Assembly: GCA_965228855.1 (NCBI GenBank)
Contig: CBDDIJ010000003.1
Location: forward strand, 3,694,354-3,758,353
DNA: 64,000 bases
Reading direction: 5' to 3'
DNA from: Candidatus Obscuribacterales bacterium
GTDB taxonomy: Bacteria; Cyanobacteriota; Vampirovibrionia; Obscuribacterales; Obscuribacteraceae
The notes under the pieces are model-generated. The model did no database searches and was not told the DNA's origin. It saw nothing but the letters and a program-made list of their open reading frames with translations. The position numbers and the translations under genes were made by a program. Shown here in pieces: positions 1 through 10,676 of the stretch (its first letter is position 1; each line of letters begins with the position of its first letter).

Positions 1-2
1 GC

Positions 3-779
3 AGTGTTTTCCTCAAGCCGATTCCGAATCAGCCGGATGGGACGTTGAAGCTGGAAGACATAGAGCTTGCGCTCTCGCCGGTCGACGACCACATGGCAAA
101 GACCAGACTTGTTTGCCTTGAGAATGCTTTCAACGGTAGCGTGTTAAGCCCTGAATACACAGAACAATTTGTAGCGCTTGCGAAGAAACACAATCTCTCG
201 ACCCACCTGGATGGCGCGAGAATTTTCAACTCCGCCATCGCCAACAATTGCGCCGTTCAAAAATTGACTGAAGGTATGGATTCAGTGCAGTTCTGCTTCT
301 CCAAAGGATTGTCTGCGCCGGCCGGCTCAATGATCGTTGCCGGCAAGGAGTTTATCAATCAAGCTCGTCTCTGGAGAAAGGCTCTGGGTGGCGGCATGCG
401 ACAAGTCGGTGTCCTTGCGGCAGCTTGCAATTACGCGCTCGACAACATGGTCGACCGTCTTGCCGAGGATCATGAAACCGCTAAAGTACTGGCAGAGAAA
501 CTGTCGCAATGCGAAGGTCTATCGATTAACTGGGATCTGCAAAAGTCGAATATGGTTTGGTTCAACGTTGAGCTAGAAGGAGTGTCGGCTCTAGAGTTCA
601 CTCAAGCCCTGGACAAAGAAGGATTGAAAGTGCTCGATTGCGGTCCAAAAGTAATTCGAGCGGTAACGCATTACGGTATAACAAAGGATGATGTGGACCA
701 GGCGGCTCAAATAGTAAGCACCGTTCTGAAGACGCTAAAACCAGCCACGAGCGCCAAAAGCCTTCAGACCACAAAATAG
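3..779 (+). CDS. ltaE: Low-specificity L-threonine aldolase (5' end lies outside the window)
   Basis: Frame is open from position 3; motifs HLDGARIFN, CFSKGLSAPAGS (PLP lysine) and RKALGGGMRQVG. Confidence 0.92.
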   Translation, partial: SVFLKPIPNQPDGTLKLEDIELALSPVDDHMAKTRLVCLENAFNGSVLSPEYTEQFVALAKKHNLSTHLDGARIFNSAIANNCAVQKLTEGMDSVQFCFSKGLSAPAGSMIVAGKEFINQARLWRKALGGGMRQVGVLAAACNYALDNMVDRLAEDHETAKVLAEKLSQCEGLSINWDLQKSNMVWFNVELEGVSALEFTQALDKEGLKVLDCGPKVIRAVTHYGITKDDVDQAAQIVSTVLKTLKPATSAKSLQTTK

Positions 780-800
780 TGATTTAACAACACGGAGAAA

Positions 801-1538
801 GTGTTGAAAACTGGAAACATGAGTAAGAAAAATGAAAAGCCGGAGCGTCCTCTGGTCAAAACAATCAATCCTAAAGCGCTGGCAAAACACCGAAAGCGCT
901 TTCTGAAATTCTTTCCAAAGGGCTTCAAAGACCAGAGATACATGGAGTGGGAGCGCGATTACAAATGGGGCGCTCACGAGCTTTGGAACGAAAATTTAAA
1001 CGAAAAGGATTTTAAAATCCTTCTTCGCAAACGCGAATACACTGACATCGCAAAGAAAGCTTTGCAAGTAGAATCGCGAACGACTTTCCTCTTCTCATTT
1101 GAAAAGATGGCTCTCCGCGATGCTGTCAGTACCGCCGATGGTGCCAGCATTTTCGCAGAGGGAATCTATGAATTACTCTGGGGCAAAGGACCGGCGAAGG
1201 AGCGTTTTATCCAATGGATCATGGCGGTGGCAGAGCTCCCGCGCAAGAAGTCCCGGGTTCTATCATGGCCGGTTCTTACGCTCTTTCCCTACCTCGCACA
1301 ACCTTCGAAATATATGATAATGAAACCGAATGCAATGCGATTTGCCGCGAAAGAACTTGGATACGAGTTAGAATATTCGTCGAAGCCAAATTGGAATTGT
1401 TATGCCGATTTAGTGCGTCTGGCCGATTTAGTCGGCGAGGGAATCGCTGATCTTAAGCCACGCGATTACCACGATCTGCAAACCTTCCTCTGGGTAATCG
1501 GCTCGCCGGAATACGATCGAATCGAAGAAGAGCTCTAG
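801..1538 (+). CDS. Hypothetical protein (start may be the ATG at 819)
   Basis: 245-aa ORF with globular composition directly after ltaE; no recognised family. Confidence 0.75.
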   Translation: MLKTGNMSKKNEKPERPLVKTINPKALAKHRKRFLKFFPKGFKDQRYMEWERDYKWGAHELWNENLNEKDFKILLRKREYTDIAKKALQVESRTTFLFSFEKMALRDAVSTADGASIFAEGIYELLWGKGPAKERFIQWIMAVAELPRKKSRVLSWPVLTLFPYLAQPSKYMIMKPNAMRFAAKELGYELEYSSKPNWNCYADLVRLADLVGEGIADLKPRDYHDLQTFLWVIGSPEYDRIEEEL

Positions 1539-1576
1539 TTTAAAGATTGACGGAATTGAAACTGTGGCCAAAACAG

Positions 1577-2218
1577 CTACATATTATCCTTGACCCAAAC
1601 GGCAAGCTGAGTTCGGTCGCGAAGATTCAATTGACCGAGGATTTTAGTAACGTAGTTCTTTACCGTTCCCTGGGTAATGTACAGCGTTTCGGCAATTTCC
1701 TTATTGCTCAGTCCCTTCGCTATCAACTCGATAACTTCAACTTCGCGCTCGCTAAAAGATTTTAGCAGGTCCGCTTTCTTGCTCTTTTCAGTGCCGTGCA
1801 TTAGTGATACCACTTTCGGTGTCACGGCAGGACTGAGTTGAGTATAGCCTTCTTTGACCGCTCGGATGGCGGTCGCCAATTTCTCCGAAGGGCTATCCTT
1901 GAGAAGGTAACCGCAGGCACCGGCTTTCAGAGCTCCAACGATCAGGTCATCCTCGTCGTAGGTTGTAAGTACGAGAACTTTTACGGAGGGATAGCGCTTG
2001 CAAATTTCCTGAGTGGCTTCGACTCCTGTCTTCTTCGGCATGCGCATGTCCATGAGCACCACATCCGGTTGAAGAAATCCGACCTGCGATATGGCTTCCT
2101 CTCCATCGCCGGCCTGCCCGACGATCTCGAGATCCTCTTCGAGGGCAAGCAAAGTCGCGAGTCCCTGGCGGACAAGCGTCTGGTCATCAACGATTAAAAC
2201 TTTGATTTTCACGCGCAC
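1577..2218 (-). CDS. NarL/LuxR-family response regulator
   Basis: REC domain (VLIVDD, DVVLMDMRMP, GYLLK) plus LuxR HTH (SEREVEVIELIAKGLSNKEIA). Confidence 0.95.
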   Translation of the reverse strand: MRVKIKVLIVDDQTLVRQGLATLLALEEDLEIVGQAGDGEEAISQVGFLQPDVVLMDMRMPKKTGVEATQEICKRYPSVKVLVLTTYDEDDLIVGALKAGACGYLLKDSPSEKLATAIRAVKEGYTQLSPAVTPKVVSLMHGTEKSKKADLLKSFSEREVEVIELIAKGLSNKEIAETLYITQGTVKNYVTKILGQLNLRDRTQLAVWVKDNM

Positions 2219-2220
2219 AA

Positions 2221-3474
2221 TTATACCGTGCCGGACTGAACGGGGTTGTTTATCGGGATTAGAACGCTGACAGTCGTGCCCGCCCCCTCGCCTGACGTTA
2301 TATCGACATCGCCATGCAAGTCAGCTACACGTTCCTTGATTCCTGTCAAACCGAAACTGGCAAACTTTCCCTCGGCGTTAAACCCCTTACCATTATCCTT
2401 GACGACAATCTTCAAAGTGTTTCCATCGTTCGGTGCAATCAGTACTTCCAATCTATCCGCGCCGCTGTGCCTTATGCAGTTAGTGCATGACTCCTGAATG
2501 ATGCGAAAAACCTGGTAGGAAGTAACAGGTGACAAGCTCGGCATATCTATATTTTTCGCTACTGCAATCGAGCCACCGCTTGCGATACCATCGAGCAGCG
2601 TCGCCATTGCTTCCTGAAAGTCGAATTCGTCGACACGCATCAGAGCAATCGAATTGCGAACATCACGCAGACAGCGCTTCGCCATGCGCTCGGCCTCGCC
2701 GAGGGCCTCCTCCGATTTCTCTCGGTCGCGAGTTAAGAGTTTCCTCGCTACTTCGAGTTGAACGGAAAGCGAAGTAAGAGAATGTCCAACTCCGTCATGT
2801 ATATCACGCGCGATACGAGAGCGCTCCAAATCGGCTGCCATGCTGGAGACTTCGCGGTTGAGCCGCTCCATAGCAAGCATCTGTTTCTTGCTAGACACGA
2901 GCGACTGCACCAATAGCGCCACCATCGCCATGACCACACCCTGCCAGAGGGTACCATAGAAAAATGTAGGCAATAGAAAAACAACAGCGGATCCAAGTTC
3001 AAGCGGCTCGCCATTCCAAGCCCAGAGCCAGTAACGAATGAATGAAGACACGAATAACGCAAGATATACCCCGGCAAACAGCCACCAGGCTCGACGCTCG
3101 TCAATAAATAGAGCAACACGCGCAACGAGAACGGCAAAGAGCGGATTCAGCGTCACTGATTGTCCGAGCACGTAGGCGATACACGCAAATAATGTTGCAA
3201 GTGACAGTACGAAGATGCGCACTTTCAAAGGTTTCTCGCTTAGATCAATGCGACAGATGAGATAGTAAATCACTAGACAAACTGCTGTCTCCGTCCATCG
3301 ATTTATCCACATATTTTCTGGTGGTATCAATCGAAGCATCAGCAGGTGAGAGACAGCACTTACTATAAGAATGGCTTCCTCTACAAATTTGATTTGACGA
3401 TACAGTCCATGATGAAAGAAGTGGTCTGAACTGCTTCCGTCTTCAGGTTTCGCCGCTATCAAATCATTGCTCAT
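2221..3474 (-). CDS. Membrane sensor histidine kinase, HisKA_3 (NarX/DesK-like)
   Basis: Several TM helices, ERSRIARDIHDGVGH H-box, DNGKGF and FGLTGIKERV; start set to ATG 3474 to avoid overlapping the upstream gene. Confidence 0.92.
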   Translation of the reverse strand: MSNDLIAAKPEDGSSSDHFFHHGLYRQIKFVEEAILIVSAVSHLLMLRLIPPENMWINRWTETAVCLVIYYLICRIDLSEKPLKVRIFVLSLATLFACIAYVLGQSVTLNPLFAVLVARVALFIDERRAWWLFAGVYLALFVSSFIRYWLWAWNGEPLELGSAVVFLLPTFFYGTLWQGVVMAMVALLVQSLVSSKKQMLAMERLNREVSSMAADLERSRIARDIHDGVGHSLTSLSVQLEVARKLLTRDREKSEEALGEAERMAKRCLRDVRNSIALMRVDEFDFQEAMATLLDGIASGGSIAVAKNIDMPSLSPVTSYQVFRIIQESCTNCIRHSGADRLEVLIAPNDGNTLKIVVKDNGKGFNAEGKFASFGLTGIKERVADLHGDVDITSGEGAGTTVSVLIPINNPVQSGTV

Positions 3475-3496
3475 AGTGCGATTCGAAATTCCCTTT

Positions 3497-4708
3497 TTAC
3501 GTGTGGAAGATGCCAATCTTTTGCGGTTTAAAATTAGGAAACACACCGGCAATGTCATTATTTCCGAGCAAGTCGCGCACCACTTCAGAAAGAACGGAGC
3601 GGTAATCAAGCTCTACGGCTAAGCCGCTTGGTCCCAGGAAAATATTGGTCTGTTCCTTGAGTTCAGGCAGAGAACCAAAAACTCGCCCACCACTCACTCG
3701 ACCGCCCAGTGCGAATAAGGCAAATCCGCGACCGTGGTCGGTTCCCATAGAACTGTTTTCATAAATTCTCCGACCGAACTCGGTGAGAACAATGATTGAG
3801 ACCCGTTCCTTATACTTTTGAATATCTTTGTACAAAGCGCTCAAACCGTTCGACAAATCCTCGATATTCGACGCTTGCTGACCGTCTGCCGCGCCTTGAA
3901 AAAAATGCGTGTCCCAGCCGTCATGGTCGACACAAGCGACCTCAAGTCCTACTTCGGCTTTAATCAGTTTTGAAACCTCACGCAAAGCGTTACCAAAAGT
4001 AGTTTCCGGATAGGTCACATTTCCGGCGTTTCTCGGGCTGACCCTCTTCACCTTTTCGATTTTAGAAAGCAGATCGATCGTGACCTTTCCGGCATGACCG
4101 AGAACGTCAATATCGGTCGAATAAAGCTTCGACAGAGCCTCAGCCACCGAATCGGATTTACCGCGAGGCAAAGTAAGCTTGACCTCTTCGACCGATGTGA
4201 GTGCGCTCGCGGAAGGAGCACCTCTTAGCACCTCAGGCAAAGACTTACCAATCGCCACCGCTGACAGTGGCGTCATTCCGCCTTGTCTCGTGCGAAGATG
4301 GCGACCGAGCCAGCCACCACCAAGTTTTTTACCGAATGCTTCACCGTGCTCGACCTGGTCCTGTGCTTCGAAATGAGAACCGGAAGTGTTGTCCGACCCA
4401 ACACCTTGTACAATTGCCAGTTCACCATCGTGAAAGAACGGAACCAATGCCTTCATTACCGGATGAAATGCGTAAAAATCGTTCAACTTCAGAGATGCCT
4501 TTCGCCCCTCGCTTCCTGGTTTGGCTATAGCAAGCGTGGGACGAACTTCATAGTATGCATCGTTGGCATACGGTATCACCATATTTAACGTATCAGCGCC
4601 GCCGCGCAGAAATATGCAGACGAGAGTGTGCGGCGTGCTGCCGCCACGGGCGGTGTCAGTGGCAAATGCCAGACGTTTCAAAAATGCTCGTCTTGAAAGT
4701 GAGGTCAA
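3497..4708 (-). CDS. DUF1501 family protein
   Basis: IFLRGGADTLN, SHFEAQ, GWDTH, TEFGR and GTDHG motifs. Confidence 0.9.
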   Translation of the reverse strand: MTSLSRRAFLKRLAFATDTARGGSTPHTLVCIFLRGGADTLNMVIPYANDAYYEVRPTLAIAKPGSEGRKASLKLNDFYAFHPVMKALVPFFHDGELAIVQGVGSDNTSGSHFEAQDQVEHGEAFGKKLGGGWLGRHLRTRQGGMTPLSAVAIGKSLPEVLRGAPSASALTSVEEVKLTLPRGKSDSVAEALSKLYSTDIDVLGHAGKVTIDLLSKIEKVKRVSPRNAGNVTYPETTFGNALREVSKLIKAEVGLEVACVDHDGWDTHFFQGAADGQQASNIEDLSNGLSALYKDIQKYKERVSIIVLTEFGRRIYENSSMGTDHGRGFALFALGGRVSGGRVFGSLPELKEQTNIFLGPSGLAVELDYRSVLSEVVRDLLGNNDIAGVFPNFKPQKIGIFHT

Positions 4709-4711
4709 CAG

Positions 4712-6259
4712 TTAAAACCTCTGAAACGCGGGAGAAGCGATTACCAGTCCAAGCAGCTCGTTCAAGTGTGTCTCTGTCCCGGCAGTATTCGGGTCGCTCT
4801 TATCGGGCTGTTGAAAAGCTTTCAGAACAGCAACCTCAGAAGCCCTAGACATGCGACCGCAGAGATATCGAATCAACAAATCGGCGGTGACTTTCGGCTC
4901 TCTATCCGATGTCAACGCCTTGCGCAGAGCATCAAGATGAAGCGTGACTGAATCAAGCTCATTGAATGAGAGTGCCAGAGCAAAGTTCCAGCGCCATAGT
5001 AGCGTTCCCAGCCAGGGGCTCATCTCCTCGGGGTAGCCATCCGGTGTAGGGTATTGAAAGGGACCGTGTCCCATCCGGGATAGATACTCGGTCAAACCGC
5101 TCTTTGCAAATGTATCGGCACCAAGAAGTCGAAGCGAAGACACGACAAATCGGAATGGTCTTTTAAACTTGTTTCCGCGATTTTCGGAGAATTCTTTCGA
5201 TGTCAGAATCATACGAACCATCGGTCTAATCTCACCTTTTTCAGCGGAAAACACTTTCGCGACTCGCTCAACAAGCGACGGCGGTGGTTCATCGGAAACA
5301 AAAAGGCGCACGAGTTTTCCAGCCACATAGCGCGCCGTTGACGGGTGCGCAGTGACTATTTCAATAAGCGCGTCGATATCTTTGTCGCCACCACCAGCGG
5401 TGATGGTTTTACCTAATACGAGCTTCTCACCATCATCATGAAAAGCTTTGTCGAAATAGACGCTTCCCTTCGCGAATTCGCCGCGCTGGTGCAATCGCCA
5501 ACCGGTGAGGCAGCGCGCGGCTTCAAACACGTCCTTTTGCGTGTATCCGCCGTTTACCCCAAGCGTGTGCAACTCCAGCAGTTCACGAGCATAGTTTTCG
5601 TTTGGAATATCGGTATTCTTTTCGCGCCTATTCTCTTTTCCGTCCAGGTAAACAAGCATGGCCGGTGACAAAGCGGAAGCGCGAATCAAATCTTTGAAAT
5701 TCCCCAACGCGTGCTTTCGCACAACATCGCGATCATCAGAAGCTTTGAGATAAATGCAATCACCCTTTTCCAGATTAATATTCAAATGATCGGTCCAGAA
5801 TGCCACCATAACCTCGAACAACTGACGCTTCGAATAAATAGCTTTGAGCAGCGTGTGACGCGTTATGTCATTTCGCAGCGCCTCGTCTTTAAACTCATAA
5901 CAATCGCCCGGACGCATACTTATGGTTTCAAATCGTCGGGAACGCATGTCGCAAAGAGAATCGTCGATCGACTCAGGTTCGAGTTGCTCATCAATCCAAT
6001 TCTCGATGCCCTGCGCGCGAACACGTGCGACATCGCCAGGCCAGGGTGCATAGGCAGCGCGTGACAGGAGGTGAAAAACAGGGTCGATGTCAGCGCTGCT
6101 GCAAACAGCAATGTGTGCCGGAATCGCCAGTCCAAAACGCTCGGTGGTTTCACTTATAACGCGCTCACAGCCACTCAAAAGAGAGCCGCCACCAAGTAGC
6201 GCACCAGCCTTGAGTATGGCTCGTCGACTTACCCGCCGAGGTTTGCCACCACGCTCCAT
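4712..6259 (-). CDS. DUF1800 family protein with Tat/lipoprotein-like signal
   Basis: FWTDHLN, PAMLVYLD, NENYARELLELHTLG and PTPDGY motifs; N-terminal SRRAILK...LSGC. Confidence 0.9.
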   Translation of the reverse strand: MERGGKPRRVSRRAILKAGALLGGGSLLSGCERVISETTERFGLAIPAHIAVCSSADIDPVFHLLSRAAYAPWPGDVARVRAQGIENWIDEQLEPESIDDSLCDMRSRRFETISMRPGDCYEFKDEALRNDITRHTLLKAIYSKRQLFEVMVAFWTDHLNINLEKGDCIYLKASDDRDVVRKHALGNFKDLIRASALSPAMLVYLDGKENRREKNTDIPNENYARELLELHTLGVNGGYTQKDVFEAARCLTGWRLHQRGEFAKGSVYFDKAFHDDGEKLVLGKTITAGGGDKDIDALIEIVTAHPSTARYVAGKLVRLFVSDEPPPSLVERVAKVFSAEKGEIRPMVRMILTSKEFSENRGNKFKRPFRFVVSSLRLLGADTFAKSGLTEYLSRMGHGPFQYPTPDGYPEEMSPWLGTLLWRWNFALALSFNELDSVTLHLDALRKALTSDREPKVTADLLIRYLCGRMSRASEVAVLKAFQQPDKSDPNTAGTETHLNELLGLVIASPAFQRF

Positions 6260-6261
6260 GA

Positions 6262-6840
6262 CTACCGCTCTTTGTTGAAATCCGAAGAGTCAACTACTGT
6301 TTCACTACGCGCATTTTCGACTGCGGGCTCGCGCGCCACAGCTGCGGTCGCGCGAGAGTTCTTCCATTCGCGGAAAACAGCTCGAATTGACGCACCACAA
6401 CCGACGACGAAGGCTATCGGCATCAACACGAACCAACCGACGACGGGGAAAAGGAAGCTCAAAACTAAAACGGCACCACCGCGAACGGTTTCCTTCCAGG
6501 GTGGTTGGCTGTGCGAACGATCTCCGAGTTTGTCGCCAATCAATCCAGCGAGGCCGGACACTCCAATACTTGCGAATAGAATGTAAACACCAAGCAGAAT
6601 GAAGGCAACCAAACCCCAGGGTCCCTGTTTGTCGTTAGCAAGGGCGAAAAAGGCCACAACCACCATCGCGGTTAATGGCACCCCCACAAAAAAGGACTTG
6701 AGCATCCCGTCATCATGGGCGTCTCGTGCATGCCTGACGAGAGGTTCCCAGATTGCTCGGCAAAAGAGCCAGACGGCGTTAAAGCAAATCAAGAGCCCCA
6801 CTATGACCAGGAAAATCGCCATGGTATCGGCAAGAACCAT
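6262..6840 (-). CDS. Integral membrane protein (about 4 TM helices)
   Basis: Hydrophobic helices; 2-bp gap to the DUF1800 gene suggests an operon. Confidence 0.8.
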   Translation of the reverse strand: MVLADTMAIFLVIVGLLICFNAVWLFCRAIWEPLVRHARDAHDDGMLKSFFVGVPLTAMVVVAFFALANDKQGPWGLVAFILLGVYILFASIGVSGLAGLIGDKLGDRSHSQPPWKETVRGGAVLVLSFLFPVVGWFVLMPIAFVVGCGASIRAVFREWKNSRATAAVAREPAVENARSETVVDSSDFNKER

Positions 6841-6987
6841 ACTTCATCGACCTCAAGCTCGCTAACGGCAGGTGCCCGGAACGCCTTTGTAGCCTTTCAT
6901 ACTTATACCCAACTCCACTACAACAGGGTGCTAAAATCCTCTGAGTCGCGGTGCGACCAGTTACAATCGTAAGCCAGGTGAAACAGG

Positions 6988-7929
6988 ATGAAACTTTTGC
7001 TTGCTATCGACGATTCGGTACATTCCGAAAAAGCAGTCGAGGCACTTTGCCATATAGAGTGGCTCAGAGGATCTGAGCTCAAACTCCTGAATGTTGTTAA
7101 GCCGATGGAATATCTGCTGCCATTCGGCACCGACGACACCGAGGGCAAGGAAGCTGAACTGACCAAAGCCCGCAGCGCCTGGTTGGATCAATTGTCGGAA
7201 AAGATCTCATCGAAACTGCCGGCGCTCAAAATGTCGCACGAGGTCAAATTCGGCGATACGCGGTTCGTAATAATAAACACAGCGGTCGCTGACAACGCGG
7301 AATTGATCGTGATGGGCTCGCAAGGACGTACGGGCGTAGAGCGGTTTATCCTCGGTAGCGTTTCCTGCAGTGTTGTCGAATACGCACCATGCCCGGTGCT
7401 GATTATAAAAGGCGAGCCGGAGGCGTGGGGCGATTTCGAGCGAATTTTCGTAGCCTTCGACGGTTCGGCTTACTCGCATGATGCGATTGATTGGACCATC
7501 GATCACCACTGGGCACCAAACACGAAAGTTCATATCGTCATGACCCTGCCGGAGTTCGATACCGCGGACGCACAGAACGTCAGTCAGGTTGAGAGCGGCG
7601 TGCTAAAAGCCCAATGGACAATCATCAACGCCAAAGCGATGGATATGCTCAAAGAAGCGGCAGAGGAGATTGGCAGAACGGTCGGGCGCGAGAACGTCAC
7701 AATCGAAGCGCTACCTGGAGATCCTCGTACAGAATTGTTGAAGGCAGCCACCAGATTCGGTGCAAACTTGATAATCATGGGCTCGCGTGGTCGGACGGGA
7801 CTGACGAAGTTTTTACTCGGTTCGGTCTCCCTCCACATGGCTAATCACTCGACCGTCCCAATCGTTATCGTGCGCCGATTGGCACCGGAAACGCTTGCCA
7901 GCCTCTATGCACCGGAAGCTAAGAAATAG
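6988..7929 (+). CDS. Tandem universal stress protein (two Usp domains)
   Basis: Two copies of LIxMGSxGRTGxxxFxLGSVS and P(V/I)(L/V)I(I/V). Confidence 0.93.
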   Translation: MKLLLAIDDSVHSEKAVEALCHIEWLRGSELKLLNVVKPMEYLLPFGTDDTEGKEAELTKARSAWLDQLSEKISSKLPALKMSHEVKFGDTRFVIINTAVADNAELIVMGSQGRTGVERFILGSVSCSVVEYAPCPVLIIKGEPEAWGDFERIFVAFDGSAYSHDAIDWTIDHHWAPNTKVHIVMTLPEFDTADAQNVSQVESGVLKAQWTIINAKAMDMLKEAAEEIGRTVGRENVTIEALPGDPRTELLKAATRFGANLIIMGSRGRTGLTKFLLGSVSLHMANHSTVPIVIVRRLAPETLASLYAPEAKK

Positions 7930-7947
7930 AGCTATTCGCCACCGCGC

Positions 7948-8661
7948 TCAATCCCACTCGAACATCCATTGATAAATCTCCTCGTATAATTCGAGAGGAC
8001 AATCCATGGTCCCCTCGACCACATAAGTCGGAGTTCCGAAATTGGTTCCTTGCGGAGCTTCCTTAAGCTCCGAGATGGGAACGATTATCTGCTTGAGGGC
8101 ATTGCCGGCGCGGTCCTGGAAGGTTATCTTCACCGAATTTTGAGTGCGGCTAAACTCGCGCAAATTTCCAATCGGACCGAGCAGAGCAAGCCGAATATGT
8201 ATTTGACCAGCGGTCCATGCTGTTTTTAGAAATGCATCGATTCCCACAGGCTGGATGGATACCGACGCCCAGCTCCTGATCACGGCGGCTTTGTCCAGGC
8301 GCCACTTCGGGTACTGCGAGGCAGTGTTATCCACAGCGGCTGATCCAGCACTGCCACCACCGGCACTACCACCATCACCGCGCTTGAGCAGACGCCCTCG
8401 CTCGAAAGTCGGTCCTTGAGCGGAAGCGCCTTTATCCGCTCCCCAATTGGCTGCATTAGACTCATGAGGTTGCTCGATATTCATTTGTCCGGCCCCCGCG
8501 TCGCCGCGATTGGCAGTTTGAACCTGATTTGCGGTTTCAGCTGGTGAGGTTGAACTGGAAGAATTGGAGCCGTTTGGAGCGCCACCGCCGGCGCAACCAC
8601 AAATGCAGAACACGAGAACGCCTGCCAACAATCGCGAACAAACGAGCGAAAAATGTTTCAT
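7948..8661 (-). CDS. Putative lipoprotein
   Basis: Signal peptide ending ICGC, then a low-complexity linker and a globular C-terminus. Confidence 0.7.
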   Translation of the reverse strand: MKHFSLVCSRLLAGVLVFCICGCAGGGAPNGSNSSSSTSPAETANQVQTANRGDAGAGQMNIEQPHESNAANWGADKGASAQGPTFERGRLLKRGDGGSAGGGSAGSAAVDNTASQYPKWRLDKAAVIRSWASVSIQPVGIDAFLKTAWTAGQIHIRLALLGPIGNLREFSRTQNSVKITFQDRAGNALKQIIVPISELKEAPQGTNFGTPTYVVEGTMDCPLELYEEIYQWMFEWD

Positions 8662-8687
8662 GCAGACCTACTAGGTTTGTTTGGTAA

Positions 8688-8730
8688 AACGAAAGGATAC
8701 CTTGCAATAACAAGTGTATCCCCTTTCGTT
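8688..8730 (-). terminator. Probable intrinsic terminator downstream of the DUF151 gene
   Basis: Stem aacgaaagg-atac...gtat-cc-cctttcgtt with a short T run on the minus strand. Confidence 0.5.
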
Positions 8731-8774
8731 CAAATTTTTGCGACGTCCGTTTATCAGTTCAACTAGCCGCTAAA

Positions 8775-9284
8775 TCATGCGGCGTCCGATCTGTCCTGTG
8801 GCAGAGAAAAATCAGACGCGTTTATCTGGCCCAGGAAATTGACGAAGTCCTCCTTTTCTTTGGCATCGGCCTCTTCATCGAGCGAAATTGTTCCCTCTGC
8901 AAAAACCTCGGGCGAGACGTAAATAGGCGCGTGCGCCCTGAGAGCAAGAGCCACTGCATCCGATGGACGGGCATCGATCACCTGCCGAAACTCGCGGCTC
9001 TGTTTAAATGTCAAAGTAATCGATGCAAGAAATGCTCCGTCAATACTGTCATTAATATCGACTTTCTCGACGTCGAAACCCAAACTCTCAATCACGTTCA
9101 TCAACAAGTCGTGAGTCATCGGGCGCTCGACCTGTTCCTCGGCTAACGCCATGCCGATTGAGGTGGCCTCAGCGTAACCGATCCAGATAGGCAATGCTCT
9201 TCGCCGATCCGCATCGTTCAAAACAAGTATCGGCTGTTTGTTTCTAGGATCGAGCGTAATGCCCGAAACATACATCTCACTCAT
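8775..9284 (-). CDS. Bifunctional nuclease family protein (DUF151)
   Basis: LPIWIG..EA, RPMTHDLL and IDARPSDAVALALR motifs. Confidence 0.93.
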   Translation of the reverse strand: MSEMYVSGITLDPRNKQPILVLNDADRRRALPIWIGYAEATSIGMALAEEQVERPMTHDLLMNVIESLGFDVEKVDINDSIDGAFLASITLTFKQSREFRQVIDARPSDAVALALRAHAPIYVSPEVFAEGTISLDEEADAKEKEDFVNFLGQINASDFSLPQDRSDAA

Positions 9285-9499
9285 ACCATGCTCCTACTAC
9301 GCGAGCCGCATCTCTTCTATTGTTTGTCACACTCAAAGTAGCACCGATTAAAAGATCCAATGCTCCATAATTCTCGTGATAACACCAATAGAGCCCGGCT
9401 TCGCCAGTCTAAACAATTAAATTACAACTTCGGGAAAACGCGCATCTAGACTGAATCCAACAAATAGGTATACTAGGACCATGGCTTGATTTTGCCGCC

Positions 9500-10075
9500 A
9501 TGCAGCAAACCCTTTCACAGGTAGCAGTTATGTTTTCTTCAAACCCTTTATATGCATCAAAACTGCTCGCAGCGGCTGTTTTAGCTACAGGGATGATTGC
9601 GCTATCGGGCAATATCGCTTTCGCTGCCAATGAAAAAGAAGCGACAGATCCGGCTTACAAAAACGCTGTCGCGCTGTATCAGAAAGCCGATTATGCCGGT
9701 GCGCAAACCGAGTTTGAAAAGTTGACGAACTCAAAGACGGTTGGAGAAACATCCAAGTACTACCGGGCCCTTTGTTTACAGAATCAGAAACAATACGGTC
9801 CGGCAAAGACGCAATATATGGCGCTCTACAAATCCTCAACCGATAAAGAGGTGAGATACAAGGCCTGGGAAGCTTTACGAGCATTACCCGGCTTAATGGG
9901 CAGCAAGCCGGTATCAACGAAAGTGGCTTCAGCAGCGAAAAGCGCCTCCAAAGAAGGTCCGGGATCAGATGTCTGGATTACGCCCAAAGAGGGCTATGGA
10001 CGGTCTGGACCGGCTGCCTCATCGGAAGTCAACGTCACGATAATCCCTACTTCGTGCGGTCGGCGCCATCGATAA
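9500..10075 (+). CDS. Exported TPR-like protein
   Basis: Signal peptide (AFA), helical repeats AVALYQKADYAGA and YYRALC. Confidence 0.7.
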   Translation: MQQTLSQVAVMFSSNPLYASKLLAAAVLATGMIALSGNIAFAANEKEATDPAYKNAVALYQKADYAGAQTEFEKLTNSKTVGETSKYYRALCLQNQKQYGPAKTQYMALYKSSTDKEVRYKAWEALRALPGLMGSKPVSTKVASAAKSASKEGPGSDVWITPKEGYGRSGPAASSEVNVTIIPTSCGRRHR

Positions 10076-10210
10076 AATACTGAACCAGTGGGATTTGCCG
10101 CAAGATTTTGTCATAGTGATTATTTACCTTGACAACGATTCGCGGTATACATATATTGATCGAGGTGATCGACAGTCCATTTTGAACGTCGGTTCGGGCA
10201 CAGTGCAATA

Positions 10211-10672
10211 ATGAAATTTCGTTCTCGTCTTACTAAAACAAGGAATACCAACGGCAGTGCAATTGCGGAGACAGCTCCGGCGTTGTTCCTGCTTTTCCTG
10301 GTAATTCTCTTTCCACTCATAGACCTGCTGTACATGGGTCTGGCATTCGGTCTGGTTTGGTATTTGAACCACCTGGAGGTGCGTGAGCTGGCTGTCCGTG
10401 TTCCATCGGAGAGCAGTCAGGTTCTCACCGATATAGATGCCCTCTACACAAGCACAGGTTTCGGCAAATTTATCGGCTTGACCGTCCCTCGCATCCAGCA
10501 TCCGGGTGGGGCCGCATATGGTGGCAACCCGCTGACAGTGACGTGCACGACGGTCGCGACCATTAATCCATTCTTGAATATTCCCTTTGTAATTCCGATT
10601 TCCGGACTCAATCAACCGGCGACATTTACAGTCACCAGCTCCAGACTCCAGGAAGAAGAAGGCAGAAACTAA
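10211..10672 (+). CDS. TadE-like minor pilin
   Basis: Basic N-terminus, G|SAIAE prepilin-type site with E at +5, then a hydrophobic helix. Confidence 0.75.
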   Translation: MKFRSRLTKTRNTNGSAIAETAPALFLLFLVILFPLIDLLYMGLAFGLVWYLNHLEVRELAVRVPSESSQVLTDIDALYTSTGFGKFIGLTVPRIQHPGGAAYGGNPLTVTCTTVATINPFLNIPFVIPISGLNQPATFTVTSSRLQEEEGRN

Positions 10673-10676
10673 CCAC

